NCBI RefSeq assembly: GCF_964204645.1
Contig: NC_134034.1
Location: forward strand, 3,365,814 to 3,429,813
Origin: Tubulanus polymorphus
Lineage: Eukaryota; Animalia; Nemertea
DNA: 64,000 nt
Reading direction: 5' to 3'
Shown: positions 1 to 13,010 of the stretch, in pieces
Position numbering within the stretch: position 1 is the stretch's first letter
How the letters are laid out: every line of letters begins with the position of its first letter
Translations under genes and position numbers: made by a program
The notes under the pieces: model-generated
What the model was told of the DNA's origin: nothing
The model's input: only the letters and a program-made list of their open reading frames with translations
Database searches by the model: none

Positions 1-114
1 ATAACCTTGCCTTACTCTGACATAACCAACTTTCAACTGACTCGGACCGAAGGCGAAAGTGAATTCATTTTCCGATTGCCACGCTGCTATTGAGATAACA
101 ATTTCTAATTGCAG

Positions 115-2807
115 CGATCACGAGGGAGGTAACGTCAGCGCACACACCTGCCACCTGGTGGGCTCCGCATTGTCTGACCCGTATTTATCATTCGCTGCCG
201 GTATGAACGGTTTAGCCGGACCACTTCACGGATTAGCCAATCAGGTAGGTCAAATCTTTTACTCGTTGGATTTTTATGAGGTTAAGCTTTAATCGTCTCG
301 GATCCACTAGTTGGATCCTCTATTGTCGCAGTAGTTGATGTTCTATTGCATATTAGTGACACCTGGTGGATCCTCATTTGCCACTAGTGGAATACTCTAT
401 TGCCACAGTAGTTGATGTCCTACAGCACACTGGCGACACCTAGTTGATCCTCATTTGCCACTAGTGGAATCTTCTATTGCAACATTTGTTGATGTCCTAC
501 TGCACACAAGAGACATCTGGTGGATCCTAACTTGCCATAAGTTGAACCATCCTTTGCTGCAGTAATTTATGTCCTAATGCACACTAGCGACACCTGTTGG
601 ATCCTCACAAGCTCCAATTGTAATTTTCTATTTCCACTTTAGTGTATACATGTACATTTGTAACAAGTATGTTGTAATATTTGTTTCTTTTTTGTTCGGG
701 TTCTTTAGGAGGTGTTAGTTTGGTTGATGAAGGTTAAAGGGCTAGTCGGCGAAGTCACCGATGAGACGATGAAAGAATTCATCTGGAAGACCCTGAAGAG
801 TGGACAGGTTAGTAGCGATTCAGTATGCAGTTATACCTCGGGTCGTGGCTCATTGGGGCTGTAGGGTGTTTTTGGGTGTTGTAAGACTCCTCGCTAAATG
901 AAGCTTGTTCTTCAAAAACATTGGATATGTCAGAATTTTCGGCACATGCATAAACCAAATCACGCTAGCGTCACCTGGTGGATCCTCACTTTTCACAAGT
1001 TGAATCCTCTATTGCCACAGCAGTTGTTGTTGGAACTCTAGTGACACTTGGTGGAACCTAACTCAGAGTGGCCTGGAAATCCTCGAACACTCTAAATCTA
1101 GAAGATAACAGTGAAAACTTTGACAAATTTCACAAAAAACCTGAAAACTCAGATGGGAATTCAGATAATGTTATTGACCACATTTTCCTAATCAATATGC
1201 AATTCAATGAGAAATGAGTAAGTCCATTATTAATCTATTACCACAGCAGTAGTTGATGTCCTACTGCACACTAACGACACCTAGTGGATCACAACTCGGA
1301 AGTGGAATCCTTTATACTGCCAGAGTTATGAGAATGGTGCTGCAACATCATCGATAATCGTAAAAAAATCGATAATCGATACTTTTATCGATAATTCGAT
1401 GTTTTAATCTCGTTACTGCAGGTAGTGCCGGGCTACGGGCACGCCGTGTTGCGTAAGACCGACCCGCGGTACACGTGTCAACGCGAGTTCGCCCTGAAGC
1501 ACCTGCCCGACGACCCGATGTTCAAGCTCGTGTCGACGATCTACAAACACGCGCCGACCATCCTCACCGAACACGGCAAAGCGAAGAATCCGTGGCCGAA
1601 CGTCGACGCCCACAGCGGCGTTCTACTTACCGTGAGTATTCCGCGGAGCTCTCCGCAATTTCAGAGGGATCAGAAGCCACCGAGAACTAATAACCAAAGT
1701 ATTCATCCGTCCCCTTATGACATCATCAAATCACCTGTTGGGGTCATGCGAATGGGTGAAAGTATTCATTAATCCCCTTATGACATCATCAAATTAGTTC
1801 GTGCGATATGGTGAAAGTATTCATCTATCCCCTTATGACATCATCAAATCACCTGCTGATTTCATGCGAATGGGTCGAAAGTTTTCATCGATCCCCTTGT
1901 GACATCATCAAATTAGTTCGTGCGATATGGTGAAAGTATTCATCTATCCCCTTATGACATCATCAAATCACCTGCTGATTTCATGTGAATGGGTCGAAAG
2001 TTTTCATCGATCCCGTTATGACATCATCAAATTAGTTCGTGCGATATGGTGAAAGTATCTATCCCCTTATGACATCATCAAATCACCTGCTGAGGTCATT
2101 TGAACGGGTGAAAGTATTCATCAATCCCCTTACGACATCAATCCCCCTATGACATCATCAAATTAGTTCGTGCGATATGATGAAAGTATTCATCTATCCC
2201 CTTATGACATCATCAAATCACCTGCTGAGGTCATTTGAGCGGGTGAAAGTATTCATCTATCCCCTATCGACATCATCAAATGTACTTAAAAAACGATATT
2301 TGACATTTTTAGTACACTTACAAACACTGATCATCAACATTTCATTTTAATCAGAAAATGAACTATCAATACCGGACATTAGTCATTTTCAGTCGCGTCA
2401 TACTCTGTGTTCAATACTTCACCCGAGATATTTTTAATCGAAAACGAACTGCAAATACCAGACATAAAGACATCCTTCGATAATTTCCCGGTCCCGTAAA
2501 GTTCGTCGTAACGAGGTTCCGCTGTACATAAACATCCAACGCGGACATCGCTCAAGTCTGACACACATTTTTCCATCGATGCGACTCGAGAGCGAAGTTT
2601 TCGCCGCATTTTGTAATACGATTCTTCCTGTTTATTTTTTTTCAGTATTACGGAATGACCGAGATGAACTACTACACGGTGCTGTTCGGCGTGTCGCGCG
2701 CGCTCGGCTGCCTGTCGTCGTTGATCTGGAGTCGCGCGCTCGGCTTCCCGATCGAACGCCCGAAGTCGATGAGCACCGACGGCCTGATGAAGTTCGTCAA
2801 GGCGTAA
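115..2807 (+). CDS. CS: Citrate synthase, mitochondrial type (3' part; exons 115-244, 709-807, 1422-1631, 2646-2807; 5' exons lie upstream of the window)
   Basis: Spliced translation gives [20 protein letters not shown] / EVLVWL..TLKSGQ / [28 protein letters not shown] / [30 protein letters not shown], the hallmark eukaryotic CS motifs. All introns are GT-AG with consistent phase. Confidence 0.98.
295..620. repeat. Degenerate ~76-bp tandem repeat in a CS intron (further units near 960-1060 and 1235-1310)
   Basis: Recurring unit CACTAGCGACACCTGGTGGATCCTCA..AGTGGAATCCTCTATTGCCACAGTAGTTGATGTCCTACTGCA; the same sequence forms the right end of the dispersed element at 18610, 26720, 34239 and 38483. 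Confidence 0.8.
1695..2281. repeat. Intronic minisatellite with alternating ~53- and ~62-bp subunits (higher-order unit ~115 bp)
   Basis: Core AAAGTATTCATC.ATCCCCTTATGACATCATCAAAT repeated about 10 times, followed alternately by CACCTGCTGA..GGGT or TAGTTCGTGCGATATGGT. Confidence 0.92.
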
Positions 2808-5363
2808 AATCGACCCGCGCCGCGACGGAAATCCGTTCATCGCGAAATCTTAGTTCCACGTGTATTTCTTTCTTTTCTTTTTTTTTTCCTCGACGAATTC
2901 AGTTTTAACGCGTCGTCGTCGTTCCATTCCAATGTCGTTTACTTTTTTCTGCTCTTGTTTTTTCCTCCGAAATCTTAAAAAAAAAACAAATCTAAATTCG
3001 GTTAAAAAAATTTTCCTTGTTGCGGGCGACGTTAGTTTGACGGCATTTTTTCTCGAGAGAGAGAGAGACTCGTTCGTAAGTGCGCGTTCCCTTTTTTCGT
3101 TGTACGCCGCCATTTTTTGCTCTAAACCTTAAAACTGTAAACAAAAACTTGCATATCTGAAATGTATCGATTATCATTTGAATGTCAAGAAAAATTCTGT
3201 ATTCTTGTCGCTTGTGGACAGTGAAGGGTTAACGGCCATTTTTCGACTTCTACGTTTTTCGTTAAAAAAAAATTACAATAAAACCTGTGCTGAATGTATC
3301 AGAATTGATCAGGATCCGTTTCTCGAAAAGCGGGTCTGATGTGTTTTAAAAGTCGTTGATTCTCGTTAAAAAAATAATTTCGCCCCTTTTTGAAAACTTT
3401 TATTATTTCTGAACCGTCGTTTCCACTCGATATCTCGTCTACGTAATCGTGTTTGGTAACCCCGACGTAGAACTTGAATTGAAACATTTAGTGTTGTCTA
3501 TAAAACTAACTAAAACGCGTCGGGAACGGTTCTCGAAATCGGGATATAGAGAAAAATGTGCTAGCGAAATAACGAGAAGAAAAATTCTAGTGCCATGTTT
3601 TAAGAAAAAAAGGAGACAAAAATATTGTATATTCTTCCTAAACCGATGTTGTCATCGTCGTTATCGTTGTTGCTGTTGTTGTAAAGTAGTCTGTGTTTTT
3701 ACCCTGTAGCGTAAACGATGTAATATCGCGAGCCTACGTGTATCCACGCTATCGATGGAGTCCGCGCACGCCTCTCCGGGTCTAGGAAGAGTATATAGTA
3801 TTTTGTTTTTCTTCGCGAAATGCCCGGATAATAACGTTCGAGATATAAAAGCGCGTATTGCGATTAAAAGGTAGTCGTTGAGGTTAGAACGTTGAATGAA
3901 GACTTCGTTTGTGTGTGTGTGTGTTTGAAATGTGCTAGAATTCGAAAAACTACATCATCTCTCAGTGTTTATATATAGTTAATAAAATAGAATCGATAGA
4001 AAAAGAAACCCGAGCCTGAATTAGCGTTCGACGGAATGTGTTGTGTTTTGACAATAGATTTTTAGGACGCCGCGATGCCAGTTACGTGAAAAAGTTAGCG
4101 CTTAAAACGGTTAAATTTGAAATGATTTTTTTCGATGAAAAGTGTAACCGATAGCCAATTAAACCACAAATGTATTTTTAGATCTTGTGTGTAGCTGTAC
4201 TCGAGATTAAGTTTCCACGAAAAAAAAGTTGAAACGGTTAAACTTTGAATTTGTAGTTTAGATGAAGTCAATGAGGACAACATTTCGAACTTAAGCTTAA
4301 ACTTCTTCATGAAACGGCACCCAGGACCCGGTTAAACTGTTGCGGCGGTGTGAGTTAGATTTGCAAAGCGAGAAAGATTTCATTATCGATTTACTATTAA
4401 ACTCGCGGCTGTGGAACTAGGGCCCGTTAAATCAGTTACTCGATAATTGATTCTAGACGCGGTGTGATGGTTAAAAAAAATAGTAACAACATTATTGAGA
4501 ATAAAGTGATGGGCATAGACTCGGTTGGATAAGATAGCTGCCTCCCGAAATTACACCGAAGAGTCATCCTGAAAATATGACCGAAAAAATATCCGAGTCA
4601 TTCGATGGTTGTTAATAGGGCGATTGAAAAGGCAGCCATCTTCTATAGAAAAGTCTGCCTAAATATTTGGACAAAATTTCTGATAAGTTTTCGCGCATTT
4701 GTAAGACTTGACCAAGATGTTGATATGTCCGCGGACGTTTTAGCGACCTGTCTACGATCCGAACTTTAACCTTCGGGTTTAAATCGAAATGTTTCGAGGT
4801 CAAGTAATTTTCCATTCCTGGACATATCGTCGTCTGCCAGTAGAGAGAGAATGCCAGTTGCGCCACGTTCAGAGCTGCAGAACGATCGTATTCAAATTAC
4901 GAGGGCCGAATATCGGATCTCGAGAAATATCACTTGCAATATATCTTCATCTGCGTATAACTTCACCTTGCCGTTTCGCTACCTCGTTCTTACGTTGCAA
5001 TAATTGACAACTGGCAATAAAAAATGCCCACGAGCGCCCTCTGATGACTAAGTGTTCTGCAGCTCGGAATGCGGCCACTTATTGTAACGATATTTTCTAC
5101 TAATCGTTTGTATCGAAATAATGAATATATTAGTAATATTTATATTAGTGCTGTGTATAGTGAGAAAGGCTTTCAGTGAAGAAAAAACTTGAATAAATAT
5201 TAGTTACACGCAGTTCTGATCAGACTTGTGTTATTTTCTCTTTTCATTCAGTATGGGCCGCACTTTGTTCATTTCAACGTTTCGACTACATCCTAATAGT
5301 CGCCGTTAGGCCATTCCGCTCTTCCTAAGGCTAAAACATTGATACACCTACATGATTGTGTAA

Positions 5364-5672
5364 CAGGCCCGTTAAAGCAGAGGTGGTTACTGGTTAGTGG
5401 TAACCCCCATTTGGCCGATCATGCCCTTTTCTGAGATGTACTTATTTGATTTAAACCCCTTTACTTCTTTACCTTGAGCACACTGCACGAAAGGGTACTT
5501 TAACATTGAGACAGGGCACCTCTCACAAAAGGGACATTAGAAGGCACCCTTTCCACAAAAGAAGGCACTTTCATTGACGCAAGAAGGCAGTTTCCATGCA
5601 TAAGATGTAACCAGTAAGCGCCCTTTTATATCAAATAACCCCCACCCTCTAAATCCTGCCGCTACGGGCCTG
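5364..5672. mobile_element. Putative MITE (CAGGCCCGT...ACGGGCCTG termini)
   Basis: 9-bp terminal inverted repeat, TGTAA on both flanks, no ORF. Confidence 0.5.
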
Positions 5673-6602
5673 TGTAAGCAAAAGTGCCTACAAATTGCAG
5701 TTTACGAAATGACTCGGCGGCCGGTTAGGAGAAACTAGGTATGATTTTCTTAGCCTTATATATTTAGGTATTCCAGATGATATAGGGCCTGCTGGAGTCA
5801 AAACGATGAGAAATAATCTTCAAGCTCGAAGAGAACTTTCGGACTTATTGTCTTCTTGGGATTTTACCATCGTTTCAATACTGACATACATTGTAGCGTT
5901 TTATCAAGATTAGATATATAAATATATATATATACGGCTGATATGTATATGGTTATTTTGCTACGCTTATCTTGATATCATTGATACCATTAATCGGAAG
6001 TTGCACGTGAGCATTGTTCACGCGGCGGGAGACAGTCTAATGGAGGGGCTCGCATTACGACACGTGTAATCGAACCAGCACCGCGGGTTTTCAGACCCTC
6101 GTAATTCACCGCATACAGGCACTCGCTATTCGAGACAAGTCTAACTTCGTGCATCTAGAAATACGCCGGGCTGTGGCAGGTATAGTCGATGATTCCTTGC
6201 TAGTGCGAATCAGAGAGAAAACGACGCCCGGATTTCTTACAAGATCTATACTCATGATGATTTCTCAAATTCTAAGAAATGAGGAATGACAATCTCAGAT
6301 AATGCAAATAAACATGAGTTAAACATAAGTCCAGATGTGTGGGAAGCTAATATTCTGCGCACGAAAGTGGCTTCAAAACGACCGATTTGTCGCACGCCAT
6401 CTAGTGGGATAGGTGTTGGCACCTAGTACTCATTTACCTATGAAAAAAATCATATATAATCATCCAGCCCCGGTCACGGGTTTAACTTAACACGGGTTAC
6501 TCTCAACACCTAACTTTTATTGTGCAGTTTTTTTAAATAAGATATTCGAAGCAACAAGCATGTGAATTGCACTAATGATAAAAGGAACCACAATATTTAA
6601 AA

Positions 6603-8750
6603 TCAGTTTCCGTCAAAAGTCACTTTCTTTTCTGCGTCCGGTTCCGGTTCATCCTTTACCGCGGGGGCAAGGTCGCCCTTAATTACTGGCTCAACTGGAA
6701 CCACGTGATACAAACCGAGTTTCACCTGTTCGTGACCGTACTTCCGGTCGCCGTAGCAGACGAACAGGTGATTTTTATCCCTTCCGGAAACCGCCGAATC
6801 GACCAGAAAACAATCCCAACTCTCGACTGTTATCGGTTCCGCCATGGTGCGCCGTAAGGGGTCGATCTCGACCGACCAAACTCGCGATTTCTCCAACGCG
6901 AGTCCGGATGATTTCAAAAGCGACCGGCTGGATTCGGCGACCGGATTCAAATGCAGCAAGGCATCGGTACCGTCCAGTGCGCCCTCTGGTGACGAGTGGG
7001 GACTAATGGGAACCTGATCGGCCGCCTTTTCTTTCGCCAACGAATGATCGAACGACGCTTTCACGCTCGCCAAATATTTGCTAAAACCCTTTTTCTCCGA
7101 CGAGGAACTCGATTTTAGAAGCTCGTCTTCTTTAGCGATATTAGCGCCCCCTGCTCCCTCTTCGGACGCCAATGAAGACACGGATTTGAGCGTCGCCTCG
7201 GAACCTCCCGACGAAGTGGACAGTTCCAACTCGTAATCGACCGGCATTGTGTAACGCATTTTCGGCTGGTCGCTCAGGTTGCTGTAGTTAACCTGCCACG
7301 CGCTTCCGAAAACAAAAATATTATTTTCGTCGAATTTACATATGGAATTGATGCACCTGGCGATCGGATTCGGCGACCAGTCGCGACGCGGCACCAGCGA
7401 CCCCAAAAGCGCCGAGAAATCGATGATTTGCACGCATTCGACCAGTGCCGATGACTTTTCGAGGCCGTCGCGCGTCCCGAACATGAGCAGTTTATCGTCG
7501 GTAGCTACGATTACTTCGTCGCGTTGATTGGCGAATATAGCGCGCGCGATGCCGCCCTGGGTGGAGAAACTGACTTTTCCGTTGATGTCGATGAATTTCG
7601 TATTGGCGTGTTTGTGGAGGTCGTCGTCTTGAATTCGATTGGTCGTGAAACTGCTCACCGGATACGAACAAACGACGCCGTCGCCCCCTATGAACAGCTT
7701 GTTACGATAGGCGAAGATGGCCACGATGCCTCCTTTGATGGCTACGTTATTTTCAGTACCGGTGCAGGCCAGGGCCGTCCCGATCACTTTACCTTTGCTG
7801 TTGTAGTTGTCCATTTGGCGGTAACGCATGACGGTCGAGTCGAACGCGCGGTAAAAATCCCCGACCGAGCTGTCGCGCGTGAAAATACCGATCCCCTTCC
7901 CGCGAACGGTGCGCCGGATATCGGCCATGACCTTATGCGCGCCCAGACGATCGTCGAAAAGCCTGACGGATTTATTCGTCGACACAAGCACGCCGCCGTC
8001 TTTCAAACCGGCCACGCTCTCGAGGCGGCCCCCGATTTGGTCGAGGTCATCGTCCGCTTTCGTGCGCAGATCGTCGAGACGAAATCGCGGCGGTTTCGGT
8101 CGCGTTTTGACCCCTTCGATTTCGTCGACCGCTTTCTTCTCGATGACCAACTGACCGACCACGCTCGCGCGCGTGTTAGCGGTGGCGTTGTCGAATCTGA
8201 CGTCGACAGTCGACCGCTCCAGATCCTCGGCCGCGTCCTCCAAACCCTCCAGACACAGATACAAATGTTTCTCAGTATATTCCCTTAAATCGTCCAGCTC
8301 GATATTTTCGACTTTCACCTTATTCAGCATGTACTCCAGCAATCCTATTTTCACGATCGAATCTTGTACTTTGTGTTTGACCTTGTCGAACTTTTCCTCC
8401 AGGTCGGTTCGAACCCGGGACAGCTCGGTCATGTATTCGTCCTCGCAGGTATCGGTCAGTTGTCGGACCTCGTCCAGGGTTGATTTGATCTGGTACTCGA
8501 CCGCACACAAACTGTCCGAATTCTCGGATAAAGAGCTATCCGCGTTGATCAGAATATCGGCCAGAATTTGTGTGTGGACGTTCAATTGCTCGAACGCTTT
8601 GTCGAGGTCGTTTTTGCCGCCACCAGCGCCATCTACGCCTGTTGATGCACCGTCCTTATTCTCTATTTGATGAGGGCTACTGACGTCATCTTTCTTCTCG
8701 CTGTCATCGGCTTTGGGGCCATTTGTCGTCTGTGGTACTGCGGTTGCCAT
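6603..8750 (-). CDS. Uncharacterised 715-aa protein: acidic coiled coil followed by a probable beta-propeller (TRIM-NHL-like C-terminal architecture without RING/B-box)
   Basis: Long single-exon ORF with Kozak CACCATGG. Upstream acceptor TTTCAG near 8782 and donor G|GTAAGT near 9179 suggest a 5'UTR exon. Heptad-rich aa ~50-180, then blade-like strands (GLKDGGVLVST..VRLFD; IFANQRDEVIVATDDKLLMF). The domain call is inference. Confidence 0.8.
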   Translation of the reverse strand: MATAVPQTTNGPKADDSEKKDDVSSPHQIENKDGASTGVDGAGGGKNDLDKAFEQLNVHTQILADILINADSSLSENSDSLCAVEYQIKSTLDEVRQLTDTCEDEYMTELSRVRTDLEEKFDKVKHKVQDSIVKIGLLEYMLNKVKVENIELDDLREYTEKHLYLCLEGLEDAAEDLERSTVDVRFDNATANTRASVVGQLVIEKKAVDEIEGVKTRPKPPRFRLDDLRTKADDDLDQIGGRLESVAGLKDGGVLVSTNKSVRLFDDRLGAHKVMADIRRTVRGKGIGIFTRDSSVGDFYRAFDSTVMRYRQMDNYNSKGKVIGTALACTGTENNVAIKGGIVAIFAYRNKLFIGGDGVVCSYPVSSFTTNRIQDDDLHKHANTKFIDINGKVSFSTQGGIARAIFANQRDEVIVATDDKLLMFGTRDGLEKSSALVECVQIIDFSALLGSLVPRRDWSPNPIARCINSICKFDENNIFVFGSAWQVNYSNLSDQPKMRYTMPVDYELELSTSSGGSEATLKSVSSLASEEGAGGANIAKEDELLKSSSSSEKKGFSKYLASVKASFDHSLAKEKAADQVPISPHSSPEGALDGTDALLHLNPVAESSRSLLKSSGLALEKSRVWSVEIDPLRRTMAEPITVESWDCFLVDSAVSGRDKNHLFVCYGDRKYGHEQVKLGLYHVVPVEPVIKGDLAPAVKDEPEPDAEKKVTFDGN

Positions 8751-11700
8751 GGTGAGTGGATCACCGTTCGTTTGGTGATTTCTGAAATTATAAACTGATT
8801 TTTATTATTTCTGAAAGTTGGTTTGATGCCATTTTGATGTCAATTACCGTGATCCCAAATTCTACATTGCCAGAGACTAATCTCTAATTCGCTGTAGAAT
8901 TTTACCAGTTCCAAGTGAAAAATCGAGTCGTTTTGTATATACTGTTTAGTCGGTAATTGACACCAACTCGGGGTAGAATTTCACAATCGCTGTAAGAGTA
9001 TCTGTGATACCAGTGGGGTCGAACCATCCCGATTCAAATCGGTATGCATAGGCCTACGTAGGCCTACTACATATGTCAAGAAACTTGACGGGCCATATTG
9101 ATGGCCTAGAATGTTACCACAGAATTTCACCTGACGCTTACCCCTCCCCCCTCCGGCTATCATATATAGTTATACTTACCGCAATTCGTCGGTTTTAGTC
9201 GTCGATTTAGAATTGAAGATATTTTGGAAACGTTTCATCAGTTGTAGCAGTGAAATTTACAAGCACGGCCTGAACCATACTGGAACATATATTATATACT
9301 ATATATTATACAACAGCTCCCAGGGTATACATTTCATATATACATATACATATTATTTGAACTGTTTTGAATTGCTAATTTTTTGTGTCATTTACATTTA
9401 TGCGCATTGATACTGAAAATAGACCGTACAGACACGCGCGGCATCTGAATAATACGATAACATATGTGACGAAAGTTCAGTTCTATGATGATAGTATAAA
9501 TTTTATTCTTCTAGGAGGGTTGTATGCAAGCAACAGCAACGCCATCTATCCAGAAAGCAGCGATAACGGGTTTTCTGCCTACAGCCTGCGAATGTTCATG
9601 TATCCCTTATATACTGGTCAGTCATGATTCGATTTTAGCAATGAATAGACGAATATACTCATATGCTTTTTTGACTTCCTACGTCAATGACGTAACGATA
9701 TAGATTTAGCTGCTTAGCAGAGATAACGGGTTTTCTGCAGCCTCACAAAGGTTCATTAATAGGCCTAATAATAGTGATTTGATTAAAAAAACGACATATC
9801 AGTGACTTCCAACTTAAATGACTGAAATATCAATTAAAGCAAATGAGAAAAAAATCCCGAAAAAGAAACGGATTGGGACTCGCAAACTGCAACGGCCACT
9901 AGTTCGACCCAGGGGCACACTAACGAAAGTACCGACGTGCAATATTCACTTTATAGGTAATAAATAGATCAATCATGTTCTTAATGACTTCCAACTTCAA
10001 TCACTGTACTTTTCGAAGCAACCTAGAAAAAAATATTCCGGAAAAATTTTGGGACCAGAAATATAAAAGACCCGTTGCCTTGAAGACGGTCGTCCTAACG
10101 CTGCACCAACCTCAATCGCTCTAGACCTGGCCGACGTGCACCCGCCGGCAATTGTTCAAAAACGATTCCTGACACTGACACTTCTCAAAGGATAATGTTC
10201 ATATTATAGATGAAAGTTCTTTTGGTGTTCATTGGTTCGCGCTGCTTAGGTTTAGGAACGCTCGGAAGCATTCGGCTTAAACAAGCGCATGCGCACGACA
10301 CAAGGACACAAGGAAAAATAATACAGAATCATGTTTCTGGGCACTTATCTGTGTCGTGCGCGTTTACGAGAAACCAAACATGTTTTTTTTCTTTGTTTCC
10401 GTTTTTCCGGTGTCGTCTGCGTTGGGCTTGAAACCCCGATGGTTTTCTTGCTGTGAGCAATTGAGCGCGACCGGTTGAATAAAGCCGATACAGTGCTGCC
10501 ATCTAACCGTTACTTGATGGTGTCAGGTGGTTTGAGGCGGTGTTTTGGCGGCAACGTGTCATTGTTGAGTTGCAGCTCGTTTAGGCAACAACTGCCGCGT
10601 AATAAGCGTTTCGTCTCGTTGCTGCAGGTGAGAGACTCTTAACAAATCTCTTTTTAAATAATAAGACGTATCAATAAATTGTCTGCATTTTCTCTTCGTT
10701 TATATCAATGTTAAAGACAATAAATGCGTCGTATCGTACCACCAGGTGCGGTACTTGACGAGCGTGGGGGTACTCCATTGCAATCATTTGTTGATATATG
10801 AGTTGTTGGTTTCTGTTGCTTACATATGGCCGAAGTGTGCATGCATGGCCGCCATTTTTGTCTCAGGTATACTCAAAAATACTATGCTCTTGTGTGGTAA
10901 GGCAAGTAGGCCTTAAGCACCGGAATTGAACTCGCAAAAACTTCGTACTTACGTGTTGCGTACCAATAAATTTGCAAGGAATTGATTATTGCTGAAATTA
11001 TGTGTAAGATCTTGTTCAGAATCCCGTGGTGTTTTTGTAGATGTGGCGCTTTTTCGCCGCAGGGCTGGCGGAACCCGTGGCCGGGCCAATAATTTTGCCG
11101 ATGATGATTTTTGATCTGATGGTTATTCGAGAACTTTAGCTAGGCCTGGTGCTCCCATTCCTGAAAAAAGTAATCGTGATCTATGAAACAGCTGCGTCTA
11201 AAACATCATCGTCCGTAAAGCAAAGCGACTCTATCGCAAACCCCGAATCATGATACCGGAAAAGTATAGTCACAAATAGATACCGAACCCTCGAAATGGA
11301 ACCATTAAAAACAAAATTATCCGGGGAAGACCTCCGATTTTTTTGCACGGTTAACGCCTCGTTGTATGAGCCGGGCCGATGATGCCTCCGCCGGTCCCGC
11401 GCCGTCGTTGAGGACCAACTTTTCAAAGTCAAAACTGAATTACAGCAGGAACCTTACTCAGCGAATCTGCTCAACGTAATTTTCGTCGCAAATTACGCGG
11501 GAGTCTACTCTCGCAACTCCAAATTCGTGAAAATCTCCGTATTCACACGTAATCTTTTCCGACAACACGATGTCCATCCAGTAAATTGTTTGTGTACAGT
11601 CTCACTACCCATAGCGCGGCGCCGGTCCATTCGTGACCCGTTTAAACTACCGAGAACGATAAGCAAACTTTCAGTCCCTACTGTTAGTGAATGTGAAAAA

Positions 11701-13010
11701 AATCCTTACACCTAAACCGATCACGTCGCTGACGCTATAGGCGGAGTCGATTGTACGTTGGTAACGTAAGAGCTGTTTCGCAAAGATTGAAATTATGTAT
11801 TTGTTTTCCTCGGCGCAATTATTTTTACTTTTTAGTGTCGCGAAGAGACATTGAAATATTTGTTGGTTTTTGTCCGTGCCACACTGCGTTTTCCGACAGA
11901 TTTTCCTCCAGGTACCAGTCTGCCAAGTTAGCTCGGGTCCGCTACCGGCCTCGCTAAACAAACGACCTAAACACCCGGAGGAGAGTTTAATATCTATATA
12001 TATAAATATTAGTTAATGAAATAATTTTTCCAAGAATCTACGGAGTCGGCGCTAAAATACAAACCATTAAAACAGATAGGAGTGGTTGCTACAGATATAG
12101 CGGCTTAAGGCCAGAACAATATTTACCTTTAACGAAACAGGAGATCCGATCCCGGGGCTATAATTTAGAAAAACTTGTCATATCCAAAGGGGATAATACA
12201 TGTATAATGTTCGAAATGGTATTCGGCGATTTTCTTCACCGAAGTGCACCGGTTTTCTTTCACCGCAATCAAAAATGTGTTGGATTCAAAAGTCAACCTT
12301 GATTCGCCCTGCCTGCCGATGACTTCTCGTGAATCCAGTGACTCACGTGCAGGATGCGACTGTCAACCGACCGTCCTAAAAGTCCCCACTTATTTTGGGG
12401 GGATGAATATCATTTTTTACTCGTCTGCCCGTACTTCCAGGAACCCAGCGCTAGATACCGTACATCCCAGAGCGTTATTGGAGATTCCCCGATATTGTAA
12501 ACTTGAATAATTTGTTCAAGTCAAATTGCCAAACCCTTAAAAAACTGGCGTTGTACATACGCAAATGTTTAATGCATTTCTAATGTTTGATGTTGCAATG
12601 TATATTGTAAAATAATTTTGTGCTTTGTGCAATTGTATAATTGTGGAGTAAATAAACTAATTGTAATTGTAATTGTAATTTTTGTAAGATATCTACCGTT
12701 CTGCCCTTGTCCAGTCATAGCCTTACTGGTGCGTAGGGTGTCTACTGTCAATTGTCCAGTCATCTATCGAGGATCTATTTATATGGAACAGTTTTTACGT
12801 AATGATGAGATATGTTTTGCAGATTTTTATTTCAGGCCTAACATCGGTAAATTTAAGCGAGCTGGACACGCGTTTCCCAAAACTATCAAACTGCTTATAT
12901 TATATTGGTAAGTGCGTAGTATTATCATCTAGAAAAAACGTATCAAGATACTCCGATACATCGATTGTTTGTGAAGAAAATCGTGACTTTTCATCCGTTG
13001 CGACTATAGC

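Noticed and set aside
1695-2281. CRISPR-like array (constant repeat plus spacers)
   Set aside because: Spacers are two recurring sequences rather than unique; the array is inside a eukaryotic intron; no cas genes.
2808-5200. Short ORFs downstream of citrate synthase
   Set aside because: Low-complexity A/T-run sequence consistent with a 3' UTR and intergenic DNA.
7342-8670. Antisense/overlapping ORFs up to 254 aa
   Set aside because: Shadow frames of the GC-rich 715-aa gene; no recognisable motifs.
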